64,000 nt of DNA from Candidatus Magasanikbacteria bacterium RIFOXYD1_FULL_40_23. GTDB lineage: Bacteria > Patescibacteriota > Patescibacteriia > Magasanikbacterales > GWA2-37-8. The position numbers were made by a program, and so were the translations under genes. This document shows positions 9,490-19,257 of this stretch, piece after piece. Location of the stretch: NCBI GenBank assembly GCA_001783215.1, contig MFRA01000005.1, positions 146,824 through 210,823 on the forward strand. The letters run 5' to 3'. Every line of letters begins with the position of its first letter. Positions within the stretch are counted from its first letter, which is position 1. A model generated the notes under the pieces. It saw only the letters and a program-made list of their open reading frames with translations. It ran no database searches and had not been told where the DNA came from.

Positions 9490-9655
9490 ATTTAAAAGCC
9501 CGCTTTTGGCGGGCGTAGTTTCTATATAAAACTACACCTGCGTTAGGCGTTATTATTATTCAAATTGTTATTTAGGCTTTTCATAAGAATTATAATAAGT
9601 CTTTTATGGTTTTCTGTCAATGATTGACTTCTCGCTGTGATTATGATATATAAAT

Positions 9656-10294
9656 ATGTCTGTTAATTTTGCGGACTTTGACACGTGTGTTGTCGAAGAC
9701 GTGGAAAACAGGCAAAGGAGAGAGCTCATGAGTTTCTGGGGAAAAGCCTGGTATTACATCAAGCGCTTTGGCTATTGGTTTGATGGTCGAGAAGAGCGTC
9801 CGGCCCTCCCGCCAGCAATGCAGACAAACCTTTCTATGTTGGTGGCTTCGGTTTTTGTTCGTGAGCCGAACGGTTCCCGAACTAATATCGAAAACCATCT
9901 GGAGCAGGAGTTGATCCTGCGTCATGCCAAGGTGGTGGTAGCCAATCAAAAAGTAGGTATGGCTATCATTAAAGATGGCACATTTCAGCCTCTGGCTACT
10001 AATGCGAACTGTTCGTTCGTGGGTACTCTGAGAATAGAAAGAGATGTGGTATTTGAGGATCAAACTAGAGGCGGTAAGAAAAAAGAGACCGACGGCGTGA
10101 TGTTTATCCTTAGTTTCCGCCTTTTTGGTATCGATGGGACCGTTCTAATCTCCGGAACGGCTGAAATAGATGGGGAAGCGGGCATGATTTCATACGACGA
10201 AGAGATGCGTTCTTTGGCTGCCGAAGCCATCACTTATCTGGACACCACGGATGTCTGGGCAAATGTGATTGTTTCCACGACATCTACTGACTGA
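9656..10294 (+). CDS. Hypothetical orphan protein
   Basis: 212-aa ORF with promoter-like upstream sequence and downstream terminator hairpin. Confidence 0.7.
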   Translation: MSVNFADFDTCVVEDVENRQRRELMSFWGKAWYYIKRFGYWFDGREERPALPPAMQTNLSMLVASVFVREPNGSRTNIENHLEQELILRHAKVVVANQKVGMAIIKDGTFQPLATNANCSFVGTLRIERDVVFEDQTRGGKKKETDGVMFILSFRLFGIDGTVLISGTAEIDGEAGMISYDEEMRSLAAEAITYLDTTDVWANVIVSTTSTD

Positions 10295-10395
10295 TTGGTT
10301 GGATGGTTCGCAAGAGCCATCCGCTTTTTTATTTAAAAAAGTTGCATTGAACAAAAACAAGTGCTAGAATAAGCCGGTATTTAGATAAAAATCCT

Positions 10396-11631
10396 ATGCG
10401 ATATTCCAACCTATTTGGCAAAACTAGCAAAAGTATTCAGGCTGATGCCGACAGCGCCAATGCCAAACTGCTTACCCAGGCTGGCTTTGTGAACAAACAA
10501 ATGGCCGGTGTTTATAATTATCTGCCTTTGGGTTTGCGAGTTCTTACAAAAATTCAAAATATTATTCGTGCAGAAATGAATGCGGTGGGTGGCAACGAAA
10601 TACTTATGCCAACTATGACCCAAGAGTCTAGCTATGTGCAAACTGGCCGAGATAAAATGGATGTTTTGTTTCATCTTAAAGGGAGAGACGATTCGGAGTT
10701 GGTTTTAAATCCTACCCACGAAGAAGTGGTAACGCCTTTGGCGCAAAAGTATACTTTTTCTTATCGTGATTTGCCAGTATCTGTTTATCAGATTCAAAAT
10801 AAGTTTCGCAACGAACCGCGCGCCAAATCCGGATTGCTTCGCGGACGTGAATTTAACATGAAAGATATGTATTCTTTCCATGTTTCGCACGAGGATTTGG
10901 ATAATTATTACGAACAAGTAAAACAAGCTTACTTTAAAATTTACACCAAATTAGGAATTGGCGATATTACAGTTCTAACTTATGCGTCTGGTGGAGTTTT
11001 TAGTAAATATTCGCATGAGTTTCAAACTTTTGCCGAGGTGGGTGAAGATACCATTTATTTTTGTGGTAAGTGCAAAGTGGCGGTAAACAAAGAAATTATA
11101 GATGATCAAAAAGGTGCCTGTCCAGAATGCGGAACTTCGGAATTAGAAGAGCGACAAGCGATAGAGGTAGGAAACATTTTTAAATTGGCAGATAAATTTT
11201 CTAAGCCATTTGATTTTGAATATGCAGACAGCAATGGAAAAAATCAGTTGGTTCAGATGGGATGTTATGGTATTGGCCCATCAAGATTAATGGGTACTTT
11301 GGTAGAAATTTTTCATGATGAAAAAGGAATTATTTGGCCAAAAGAAGTGGCTCCATACGCAGTGCACCTAGTTTCATTGGGCGCAGATGAAAATATAAAA
11401 ACAGAAGCGGAAAAATTATATAATCAGTTGGTAGAAAAAGGTGTAGAAGTTTTGTGGGACGATCGAGATGCTAGCGCCGGAGCCAAACTCGCCGATGCAG
11501 ATTTGATTGGTATTCCAACGAGACTAGTTGTTTCCAAAAAAACTTTAGCCGAAGAGAGTGTAGAATTAAAAGAAAGAAATAAGAGCGAAGCGGAGATGGT
11601 AAAAATGTCCGAACTGTTAAGCAGAATTTAA
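10396..11631 (+). CDS. proS: Prolyl-tRNA synthetase (short form, no editing insertion)
   Basis: PTHEE, KFRNEPRAKSGLLRGREF, IEVGNIF, MGCYGIG, anticodon-binding domain. Confidence 0.95.
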   Translation: MRYSNLFGKTSKSIQADADSANAKLLTQAGFVNKQMAGVYNYLPLGLRVLTKIQNIIRAEMNAVGGNEILMPTMTQESSYVQTGRDKMDVLFHLKGRDDSELVLNPTHEEVVTPLAQKYTFSYRDLPVSVYQIQNKFRNEPRAKSGLLRGREFNMKDMYSFHVSHEDLDNYYEQVKQAYFKIYTKLGIGDITVLTYASGGVFSKYSHEFQTFAEVGEDTIYFCGKCKVAVNKEIIDDQKGACPECGTSELEERQAIEVGNIFKLADKFSKPFDFEYADSNGKNQLVQMGCYGIGPSRLMGTLVEIFHDEKGIIWPKEVAPYAVHLVSLGADENIKTEAEKLYNQLVEKGVEVLWDDRDASAGAKLADADLIGIPTRLVVSKKTLAEESVELKERNKSEAEMVKMSELLSRI

Positions 11632-11679
11632 AAACTAAACAAAAAAATCCCCGAGTTGGGGATTTTTTTGTTTAGTTTT
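11631..11679. terminator. Bidirectional intrinsic terminator
   Basis: 22-bp inverted repeat AAAACTAAACAAAAAAATCCCC-gagtt-GGGGATTTTTTTGTTTAGTTTT between convergent genes. Confidence 0.85.
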
Positions 11680-11681
11680 GT

Positions 11682-12092
11682 TTAGAGGTTTTCGTCCTTG
11701 CGGCGAAGAATATTCCAGTGAATAAGGAATAGTGGGATACCAACTACGATCATAGATATGTCGCGTACCACACTATTTTGTTTTTGAGCAATGCGGTTGG
11801 TCTCTTGTTGTTTGGCGCTTATTGCATTTTGTTTCTCACATTCTTCTACAGACATTACTGGTCCTCTGGAAAGATCTTCTTTTATACCAGGTGGTAAAGG
11901 TTGTGGGCCTGTACATACACTTGGCACATAGTACATATCTTTATCGGCAGCAGTAAATACCCAAGTTTTAAGAGCTATATTTATAGCATCGGCGAAAGAG
12001 AAAACGACCATCATTAGAGCTACGAAACAGACTAGGTAGAAGTATATACTTTTTATGATTCTTCCTTTTGACGCTGGGTTTAGATTATCCAT
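11682..12092 (-). CDS. Two-TM membrane protein (DUF5671-like)
   Basis: IYFYLVCFVAL...IVVGIPLFLIHW pattern. Confidence 0.75.
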   Translation of the reverse strand: MDNLNPASKGRIIKSIYFYLVCFVALMMVVFSFADAINIALKTWVFTAADKDMYYVPSVCTGPQPLPPGIKEDLSRGPVMSVEECEKQNAISAKQQETNRIAQKQNSVVRDISMIVVGIPLFLIHWNILRRKDENL

Positions 12093-12119
12093 ACTGTGAT
12101 ATGATTAGTTAGTTAAAAT

Positions 12120-13094
12120 TTAAATCAATCCCATTTTTGTTTTTACTTCTTCCATTTTTTTCTCTGCCACACCCTTTGCTTTTTTGGCACCATCTTCCAA
12201 AATCTTTTTTACTTTGTCATCGTCTAAGGCATTAAATTTATCTTGAAACTGTGAGATAAATTCTACAACTACCCCGGACAATCCTTTTTTGAAATCTGCA
12301 TAGCCTTTGCCTGTATATTCTTTTTCTATATTTTTTATACCTTGGCCAGAAAGTAGAGAATATATAGTAAGTAGGTTGGCTAGCGCTGGTCTGTCTGCGC
12401 CGGATTCTATGGTAGTACCAGAGTCGGTAACTGCGCGAGATATTTTTTTGGCAACTACTTCTGGGGAATCAAGTAGGGCGATATAGTTGTTGGCGCTAGT
12501 GGCGCTCTTGCTCATTTTTTTGGTTGGGTCGTCTAGTCCCATTATACGAGCGCCCTCTTTATTTATCATTGGCTCAGGCTCAACAAATGTTTTGCCATAT
12601 AGCGAATTAAATCTTGCAGCCAAATCGCGGGTTAATTCTACATGCTGTTTTTGATCTTCGCCAACTGGTACTACTTCTGGGCTATATAATAGGATGTCGG
12701 AAGCCATAAGTACTGGGTAATCGAATAGACCCATATTTATATTTTCTTTGTGATCTTTGGCTTTATCTTTAAACTGCGTCATGCGTTCTAGTTCAGAAAC
12801 TTTGGCAACTGTATTTAAAATCCAAGCCAACTCGGTATGCTGTGGTACGTGTGATTGAACAAAAATTGTAGACTTGTTTGGGTCAACCCCCAAAGCCAAA
12901 TAAGTTTTGGCTACATTTAAAACATTTTGACGAAGTTGTTTAGGGTCTTGTTTTATGGTTATGGCATGCAAATCTACCACGCAATAAAAAGCGTCGTATG
13001 AGTTTTGTAGCTCTACCCAGTTTTTGATTGCGCCCAAGTAATTACCCAAGTGCAGGTTGTTGGTTGGTTGTACGCCGGAGAAAACTCGTTTCAT
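12120..13094 (-). CDS. trpS: Tryptophanyl-tRNA synthetase
   Basis: SGVQPT, HLGNYLGA, VPVGEDQKQH, KMSKS. Confidence 0.97.
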   Translation of the reverse strand: MKRVFSGVQPTNNLHLGNYLGAIKNWVELQNSYDAFYCVVDLHAITIKQDPKQLRQNVLNVAKTYLALGVDPNKSTIFVQSHVPQHTELAWILNTVAKVSELERMTQFKDKAKDHKENINMGLFDYPVLMASDILLYSPEVVPVGEDQKQHVELTRDLAARFNSLYGKTFVEPEPMINKEGARIMGLDDPTKKMSKSATSANNYIALLDSPEVVAKKISRAVTDSGTTIESGADRPALANLLTIYSLLSGQGIKNIEKEYTGKGYADFKKGLSGVVVEFISQFQDKFNALDDDKVKKILEDGAKKAKGVAEKKMEEVKTKMGLI

Positions 13095-13244
13095 GGTGGT
13101 AAGTTTAAACAGATTAATTGATTACTTGGATAGTTTACCGAATTTGACTGTGATTGTAAACAATCGGCCTAAGGGGTTGATTTTTATCGTTTTATATGGT
13201 ATAGATAAATTTGTATTCTTCCCACACAAACCACAAGAGGATAT

Positions 13245-13598
13245 ATGGAAGTTCCGTGTAGGTACGTCGTAGATCGTGAAGTTAGCCTCTATCTGCTTCT
13301 TTATGTGCTCCTCAAGAGCAAGCTGTCCGAAGAGCAGCAGGAAGTAATTGGCACGATGGACGAGATGGATGCCGAGTTGCACAACTTGGCCAAGCTGGTA
13401 TTGCCTGGCTATGCGAGTCAGTGGCCAAAGATGGCCCGTTTGCAGCTTCCGCATTTGGAGTCAGCTCTGCAGGAGCGGTTTCCGGAGTTGGTTCAGCTCC
13501 CTGTCAAGCACTTGCTTGGAGCAAGTCAGTTCCGAACGTGGTTGACTCATCAGGTCGCTCGCTTCGGTGAGTGGCTAGATATCGATTCGAAGGGGTAG
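13245..13598 (+). CDS. Hypothetical orphan protein
   Basis: 117-aa GC-richer ORF, GAGG before ATG, hairpin downstream. Confidence 0.65.
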   Translation: MEVPCRYVVDREVSLYLLLYVLLKSKLSEEQQEVIGTMDEMDAELHNLAKLVLPGYASQWPKMARLQLPHLESALQERFPELVQLPVKHLLGASQFRTWLTHQVARFGEWLDIDSKG

Positions 13599-13656
13599 TA
13601 TAGTGGCGGAAGCCAAAATCGGTTGGGGCGCGGACTCTGTGTAGGACCGCCCTTTT

Positions 13657-14130
13657 TTAATAGTGATAATTTCTACTGGAGTTAATCATCATAGCTCGAT
13701 AAATTTGCTCCCACAAAAATACCCGTGCCATTTGGTGAGTAAAAGTCATAGAAGATAAAGAAAGTTTGAGTTTAGCAAGTTTTAAAATAGATTCGTGCAG
13801 GCCAAGTGGTCCGCCGATAATAAATGTGAGGTGATGAAATTGTTCTAGTTCTGTAAAATGCTGAGCAAATTGTTTGGAAGAAAAGTTTTTGCCATGTTCG
13901 TCTAAAACAATTATGTGCGCATCTTTTATTTTTTCTAAAGTACCTATAATTTTTTCTGCTTCTTTTTGTTTTATATTTTCTATATTATCTTTTTCCGAAA
14001 AAGATTCTTCTCGCAGTTCGTGAATGGTAATTTTGGCCCAAGGTTTTAGGCGTTTTAGATATTCACTTTCAGCTTCTTGCCAGAAGGTTTCTTTTAATTT
14101 TCCCAAAATGATTAAATCTATGTGTAACAT
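13657..14130 (-). CDS. rlmH: 23S rRNA pseudouridine-1915 N3-methyltransferase
   Basis: SPOUT motifs FIIGGPLG, LSLSSMTFTHQMARV, EQIYRA, YHY end. Confidence 0.95.
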   Translation of the reverse strand: MLHIDLIILGKLKETFWQEAESEYLKRLKPWAKITIHELREESFSEKDNIENIKQKEAEKIIGTLEKIKDAHIIVLDEHGKNFSSKQFAQHFTELEQFHHLTFIIGGPLGLHESILKLAKLKLSLSSMTFTHQMARVFLWEQIYRAMMINSSRNYHY

Positions 14131-14210
14131 AATGAGTATAAAATTTTTGCCCCGTCCTTTTGTGAAGAACGGGGCTGGTGAGGAAGTGGTATTCCCGAGC
14201 TAGTTTCGGG

Positions 14211-14408
14211 TTATCGACCACGATTCCTTCTCTTGATGAGGCCGCGAGCCGGCTGTCCAGATTGTTTTCGGTGTCGCCCCCTGGCGCTATTGTTCTTCTG
14301 TTTCCTTCTCGTGTGAAATGGTGGGTAGCGCACCTCTTCGGACGGTCTCCGAAATTCGGTATACTGTAAGCCCAAGACGGAGCAGTAGAGAAAGATGATG
14401 AGTGGCAC
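14211..14408 (-). CDS. Small protein with hydrophobic N-terminus and Arg-rich tail
   Basis: GGGAGG then GTG at 14408; TTGACT-N17-TAGTAT upstream; terminator GCCCCGT..ACGGGGC downstream. Confidence 0.5.
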   Translation of the reverse strand: MPLIIFLYCSVLGLQYTEFRRPSEEVRYPPFHTRRKQKNNSARGRHRKQSGQPARGLIKRRNRGR

Positions 14409-14585
14409 GGCGCCTCCCTTTGGGTTGTTGGTGTAGCAGTCCGGCGTTGACCGGAAAGATACATTTGCACTCCGGATACTACATGAATAATGTGCAAAAG
14501 TCAATCTTGACAACTATAGATTAATACTTTTACAGGTTAAAATGGATGTGATATATTTTATGTATACTTATTTTATTTTAAACGT

Positions 14586-14837
14586 ATGTCAAATAGACAA
14601 GAGCGTGGAATAGGTGAAGAAAATATAGAAGTTTTTCAAAATCCGGACAAACCGGTTGTGGAAGCTAGTCCGCTGGCTCCGGGGGTGCTAAAAGTAAAAA
14701 GAGGTGATGCGCCACCATCAGTAAATAAGGTAGATAGAGCGACTGCGCAAGCAAGACTCGATTCTTTAAAGGGACCTGGGTCTAAAATTGTAGGTGGTGG
14801 GTCTGCACCTAGTCGAAATGGAAAATTTAGTAGATGA
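14586..14837 (+). CDS. Small hypothetical protein
   Basis: 83-aa ORF, AT-rich start context, terminator at about 14840-14875. Confidence 0.6.
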   Translation: MSNRQERGIGEENIEVFQNPDKPVVEASPLAPGVLKVKRGDAPPSVNKVDRATAQARLDSLKGPGSKIVGGGSAPSRNGKFSR

Positions 14838-14971
14838 AATGAAAATCCGGTCGCATTGTGCGAGCGGATTTTTTCTTTGTGCTACTAGAATAACTACGTT
14901 TCGCTTAAAGCACGAGAGGGTGATTGTTCGTTGACAATACACCGAAACTTGCAACCGATAGGAAGTACCAA

Positions 14972-17725
14972 ATGTCGAAATCTCCAAAGAAAAGGACCCC
15001 AGCAGAGGAGCTGGCTTGGTTATGTGATTTTTCTATTACCGCCTGCGTGGCTCACGTGAGTGAGTTTGCGCCAGGCACTGATTATTTCAAGGCTGCCGAA
15101 GCAGATGCATCGGTGGTCATTGAGAGTCTAAAGCAGACGCCGGATCTCACAGGTGTGATTATCGACGGTATGGCCAGCGTGCGCCGTCCCGGTATTCTTG
15201 ATGACAGCGTGGTGTTCTATAACAGTACCGAAGAAGAGGTGCTCGCACACCTTGAAAAGGTGCCATCGCACGACCACGTTCACTGGATGTTTAACAAACT
15301 TTTAGAGATCCAAGATGTGTGGCTTGGCAAATTCCGTAAGGCGTTGCCGGCAGTCAAGATTGTTTATTCGGCCGACTCGGACGACTTGGCAGCTACGGCC
15401 GAGCGCATGTTGCGGGTGATTGTGCAGTCTGCAACGGTAAAAGCTTCTCAGACTAAGAAGAGTTTGGAAGAGCAGCGTGATGAGCTGCAAGCCAGGCTCG
15501 ATGGTCCGGGCAAGCTGACTAGCTCTGTTCTGCAGGCTAAGTTGCACGAGCTCCAATCTAAGCGCAAAAAGTTGGTTGGAACCTCTGGTAAGAGTGAGCT
15601 CAGGGCAGTTGAGGCTGATTTTGCCGAGGCGAAAGAAGGCCTACATCTTCTCGCTGAGCGTGAGCGGTTGGTAATTAAGCTTCGAGTCAATAAGGCAAAG
15701 AAGAAGCAAAAGTTAATCGAAAAAACCGAAGCCGAGCTGGTTTCGGTTCAAGCCGAGATTAGCGCCAGAGAAGATGGTGTGGTCAAGGCACTGAACAAGG
15801 CTATTGAAGCTAGAGAAAGGTTCAGTGGCGAGGTTGGCAAGAAAGCCGATCGCGATGCCCTTGATTTGGACATTAAAGAGCTTCGAAAGAGCATCGAAGA
15901 TATTAGAGAAAAAATTGCCAAGATCCAAACCAGAATGACCAAGCTGGAAAAGGTCTTTAAGAACTTGCGTGAATCGGAAACTAGCCCGGTATACGGTAAG
16001 CGTATGACCGAGCACGTGCGCAGGTTGTATAAGCGCTTCTATGCTTTGGGTCAAAAGCACAATGTCCAAGTTGTGTTCAAGCCCGAAGTGCTGGTCTTTG
16101 GAAATTTGGTGATTGACTATGCGCACGATCGCGGCCGCACTTGGCAGCCGATGCCTGGGCGTGTGCGTCGATTGGCAGAGTCGTATCATGGAATGATGAC
16201 AAGCTATCGTGAAAACATTGCCGAAGCGCTGGAGGAGCAAAAGGCTGCTACGCGCGAGGTGGATGTTGTTATGGAGAGCGGTCATCACGGTGTCTTCTTT
16301 GCTCGTTGGCAGAAGCAGGAGCTTACGCCGGAAGAAATTCGCATGCAGCACGTGAACACGTACTACACGGGTGCAAGCGATGATGTGAAACACACGGTGT
16401 TTATTGCAGGTATGCCGTTTGAGCCGCAAGATGAGATCGATAAGTACCTCAAGCGACAGAAGCCGGGTCGGACCCGTGCTGGCAAGCCTATTGCCAGTTC
16501 TTCGCACCCCGTGTTTATTCGTAACTCTCAGAAGTCAGTTGCCGGTGTGACGCTTGTGCGTAAACACAACCACGGACTAATTTCCGTGGAAGCGATTATG
16601 TACTTTCTCTACCGGAATAAGCAGGTGTTGGAACAGTTCAAGGGCGTGATGATTCTGCTTGATTCAGATAATCACTTGAACTCGCCCGAAATGGATTGCC
16701 CAGGCACTCTCGGTGAGCTTGCCCTTCTTGATCAGCTGATCAAGAATCCTATGGTGCTCTACAACCAGAAGATCTATGTGGGTGGCAACCTTAACTTGGG
16801 TGATGTATCCGAAGCGAACTCCAAGAAGTGGAAAGAGGCAGTTAAATTCCGTCGCCCGGTGATGGAAATTCTTCAGGAAATCGCTATGCTCGTCGCTGGA
16901 ACTGATACCAGCAACCCCAAGTCTGTGGCCGAGACTGCGCTTCGTTGGGCCAACGACATGATGGGTGGAGCAAACGAGAGTATGAAGTTGAATATGCGGG
17001 TAACGAAGTGGTTCCTCAAGGAGAAATTCATGAGGATCTATAATCAGAGCCCGACTCGTTTGCGCGACATTATGGCCGTGTTGGAGGGCAATCACTTTGC
17101 CGATGCGGTGCGTGATGTTGGTATTCAGGAGTTTACTTTGTTTGAGGAGTGGTTAATTGCTATGCGGGATGCGCACATTGATTTTCCGGAGAAGGGGCGC
17201 AAGCCTTTCCCTGTGAGAATCGAGGCCGGTGGCGAACCGCAATACTTCCAGCCGGATAATGGCAAGGCCGAAGTAGTGGTGCACTTAGGAGGTTATAGCA
17301 GTGCTCGACAAGGAATTATTGAGAAGTTTGGTGTGGGCCATGATGGCAAGTTGCTAGTGCAAGCTCCTTGTAGGGTTGGGCTCACTCACGAGCCGAACGC
17401 CATCTTGAATAAGGCTCGTAACCAGAACGCTGACGTGACCTATGCGGGGCATACGCATGAGTTTTACGTCATGGCAGATAAGAGTGGCACTAACAAGGTG
17501 CGTTTCATCCATCAGCTGGGTGCAACGCAGCGAGTGTCTGCTACAGAGCTAATGTATGGTGGATTGCCTCGTACGTCTGGAGTAGCGCTGGCTGTTATTC
17601 CGCGTCCAGGGCGATATTGGACTATGATGATCCCTATGAACCACATGCGTCGCATTGGTGAGGCGCAGCGAATGGTTGATGCAGAAGCAGAGGTGGCCAA
17701 GAAGAATGGTAAAAAGAAAGAGTAA
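14972..17725 (+). CDS. Large coiled-coil protein with C-terminal calcineurin-like metallophosphoesterase domain
   Basis: Motifs DSDNH, LGD, EGNH, THE, GHTHE in order; long K/E/A/L heptad region; ATG at 14972 after AGGAAG. Confidence 0.75.
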   Translation: MSKSPKKRTPAEELAWLCDFSITACVAHVSEFAPGTDYFKAAEADASVVIESLKQTPDLTGVIIDGMASVRRPGILDDSVVFYNSTEEEVLAHLEKVPSHDHVHWMFNKLLEIQDVWLGKFRKALPAVKIVYSADSDDLAATAERMLRVIVQSATVKASQTKKSLEEQRDELQARLDGPGKLTSSVLQAKLHELQSKRKKLVGTSGKSELRAVEADFAEAKEGLHLLAERERLVIKLRVNKAKKKQKLIEKTEAELVSVQAEISAREDGVVKALNKAIEARERFSGEVGKKADRDALDLDIKELRKSIEDIREKIAKIQTRMTKLEKVFKNLRESETSPVYGKRMTEHVRRLYKRFYALGQKHNVQVVFKPEVLVFGNLVIDYAHDRGRTWQPMPGRVRRLAESYHGMMTSYRENIAEALEEQKAATREVDVVMESGHHGVFFARWQKQELTPEEIRMQHVNTYYTGASDDVKHTVFIAGMPFEPQDEIDKYLKRQKPGRTRAGKPIASSSHPVFIRNSQKSVAGVTLVRKHNHGLISVEAIMYFLYRNKQVLEQFKGVMILLDSDNHLNSPEMDCPGTLGELALLDQLIKNPMVLYNQKIYVGGNLNLGDVSEANSKKWKEAVKFRRPVMEILQEIAMLVAGTDTSNPKSVAETALRWANDMMGGANESMKLNMRVTKWFLKEKFMRIYNQSPTRLRDIMAVLEGNHFADAVRDVGIQEFTLFEEWLIAMRDAHIDFPEKGRKPFPVRIEAGGEPQYFQPDNGKAEVVVHLGGYSSARQGIIEKFGVGHDGKLLVQAPCRVGLTHEPNAILNKARNQNADVTYAGHTHEFYVMADKSGTNKVRFIHQLGATQRVSATELMYGGLPRTSGVALAVIPRPGRYWTMMIPMNHMRRIGEAQRMVDAEAEVAKKNGKKKE

Positions 17726-17782
17726 GAATTTTTTTAAACTAGGTTGTTGGGGTGTTCGGAATGTCCGAGCACCCCTTTTTTT

Positions 17783-17887
17783 GTTGTCAGCGACGAGATG
17801 AGCTTGCGAATCCGTCTGGCTGACAATCCGCCGCGTTTGCGGGTGCCACAGAGCCGAATGGGTGTGCGGTGGAGGGAGAGGCGGATA
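17783..17887. other. GC-rich two-hairpin intergenic element
   Basis: TTGTCAGC..GCTGACAA and ATCCGCC..GGCGGAT inverted repeats between convergent genes. Confidence 0.45.
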
Positions 17888-17898
17888 CAATGAAGTAA

Positions 17899-19170
17899 TT
17901 AAATCCACTTTTTAAGTAACTCACCAAACTTATTTTGTTCAATTGCAGTTCGTGCTTGGTTCATTAGATCAAGCATAAAATATAAATTGTGAATGCTGGC
18001 CAAACGCATGCCGGAAAGTTCGCCAGCATTAAAAAGATGGTGCACGTACGCACGAGAATAATTTATGCAAGTATGGCATTTGCAATCTGGATCTATGGCG
18101 CCAGTATCTTTTGCATATTTTTTATTTGTAATATTGATTCGTAACTTTTCGTCTATATTTCTGTTTACAAATACCATGCCATGTCTGGCCAGTCTGGTAG
18201 GAGCCACACAATCAAACATATCTACGCCGTGCTCTATTGCAATAAGTAAATCTGTAGGGGACAAGCCGATACCCATAGCATAGTGCGGTTTGTTTTCTGG
18301 AATAAGAGGAAATACCCAGTCTAAAATATCGGCCGTTGCTTTCATATTATATCCCACAGATTCGCCGCCAATGGCGATACCGTCAAAATCTAAAGATGAA
18401 ATATATTTGGCAGATTCTTCGCGTAGATTTTTGTAAACAGATCCTTGGATAATACCAAAAAGAAATTGTTTATAATCACGAGTATTTTTTGTAGATAATT
18501 CTTTGTGCGCATCTAGGGATCGTTTGGCCCAGCGGTGGGTGCGTTCCATTGCTTCGCGCGCATATTTTTCTTCTACATTGTCCGGAGTGCATTCATCAAA
18601 TGCCATTATAATATCGGCGCCAATTTTGTGTTGGATCTCTACGGCTATTTCTGGAGTAAAGCGATGTGAGCTCCCATCTATATGTGAGCGAAAAGTAACA
18701 CCTTCTTCATCTATAGAAACAAGTTGGCCTTGTTCTCGTTTGTCATTCTGAGGCGTAGACGAAGAATCCCTTTTGTCCGAACGAGAGGGATCCTTCACTC
18801 CGTTCAGAGCCTGTCCTGAGTTTGTCGAAGGGATGACAGACTGCTGTCGGTCATCTTTTTGTTTGCCCAAACTAAATACTTGAAAACCACCACTATCGGT
18901 AAGGATTGGCTTGTTCCAGTTCATGAATTTGTGAAGTCCGCCAAAATCGTTTATTAAATCTTCGCCCGGGCGTAAATGCAAATGGTAAGTATTACCCAAG
19001 ATAATCTGAGCTGGTAAATTTTGCAGGTCAGTTTGGTCTAGAGTTTTGACTGTGGCTTGTGTGCCGACAGGCATAAAAATAGGTGTTTGAATATCACCAT
19101 GATCTGTATGGATTATGCCAGTTCTGGCACGGGAATTTGTGTCTTTGTGTTGTAGTTCAAAAAATGACAT
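17899..19170 (-). CDS. tgt: tRNA-guanine transglycosylase with in-frame repeat insertion
   Basis: TPIFMPVGT, NTYHL, TDSGGFQ, FDCVAPTR, CxCxxC..H zinc site; extra segment after VFSLG. Confidence 0.96.
   Translation of the reverse strand: MSFFELQHKDTNSRARTGIIHTDHGDIQTPIFMPVGTQATVKTLDQTDLQNLPAQIILGNTYHLHLRPGEDLINDFGGLHKFMNWNKPILTDSGGFQVFSLGKQKDDRQQSVIPSTNSGQALNGVKDPSRSDKRDSSSTPQNDKREQGQLVSIDEEGVTFRSHIDGSSHRFTPEIAVEIQHKIGADIIMAFDECTPDNVEEKYAREAMERTHRWAKRSLDAHKELSTKNTRDYKQFLFGIIQGSVYKNLREESAKYISSLDFDGIAIGGESVGYNMKATADILDWVFPLIPENKPHYAMGIGLSPTDLLIAIEHGVDMFDCVAPTRLARHGMVFVNRNIDEKLRINITNKKYAKDTGAIDPDCKCHTCINYSRAYVHHLFNAGELSGMRLASIHNLYFMLDLMNQARTAIEQNKFGELLKKWI
18741..18838. mobile_element. Family C palindromic element inserted in frame in tgt
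   Basis: TGTCATTCTGAG..GAAGAATCCC..TTGTCCGAACG..GGGATCCTTCACTCCGTTCAG..GATGACA matches 22095-22166. Confidence 0.88.
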
Positions 19171-19257
19171 ATTTTGGGGAAAGCTTAGCATGATTTTTGC
19201 TTTGTAGCAATGATATATAAATAAGCCCCAGGACATCTAGTCCTAGGGCGGTCATCC

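Noticed and set aside
14140-14500. tmRNA or RNase P RNA
   Set aside because: No tRNA-like ends or GAGGAAAGUCC core; SD plus ORF explains the region better.
18741-18838. Intein or self-splicing intron in tgt
   Set aside because: Too short, no C/S..HN splice motifs or intron core; matches the family C repeat.
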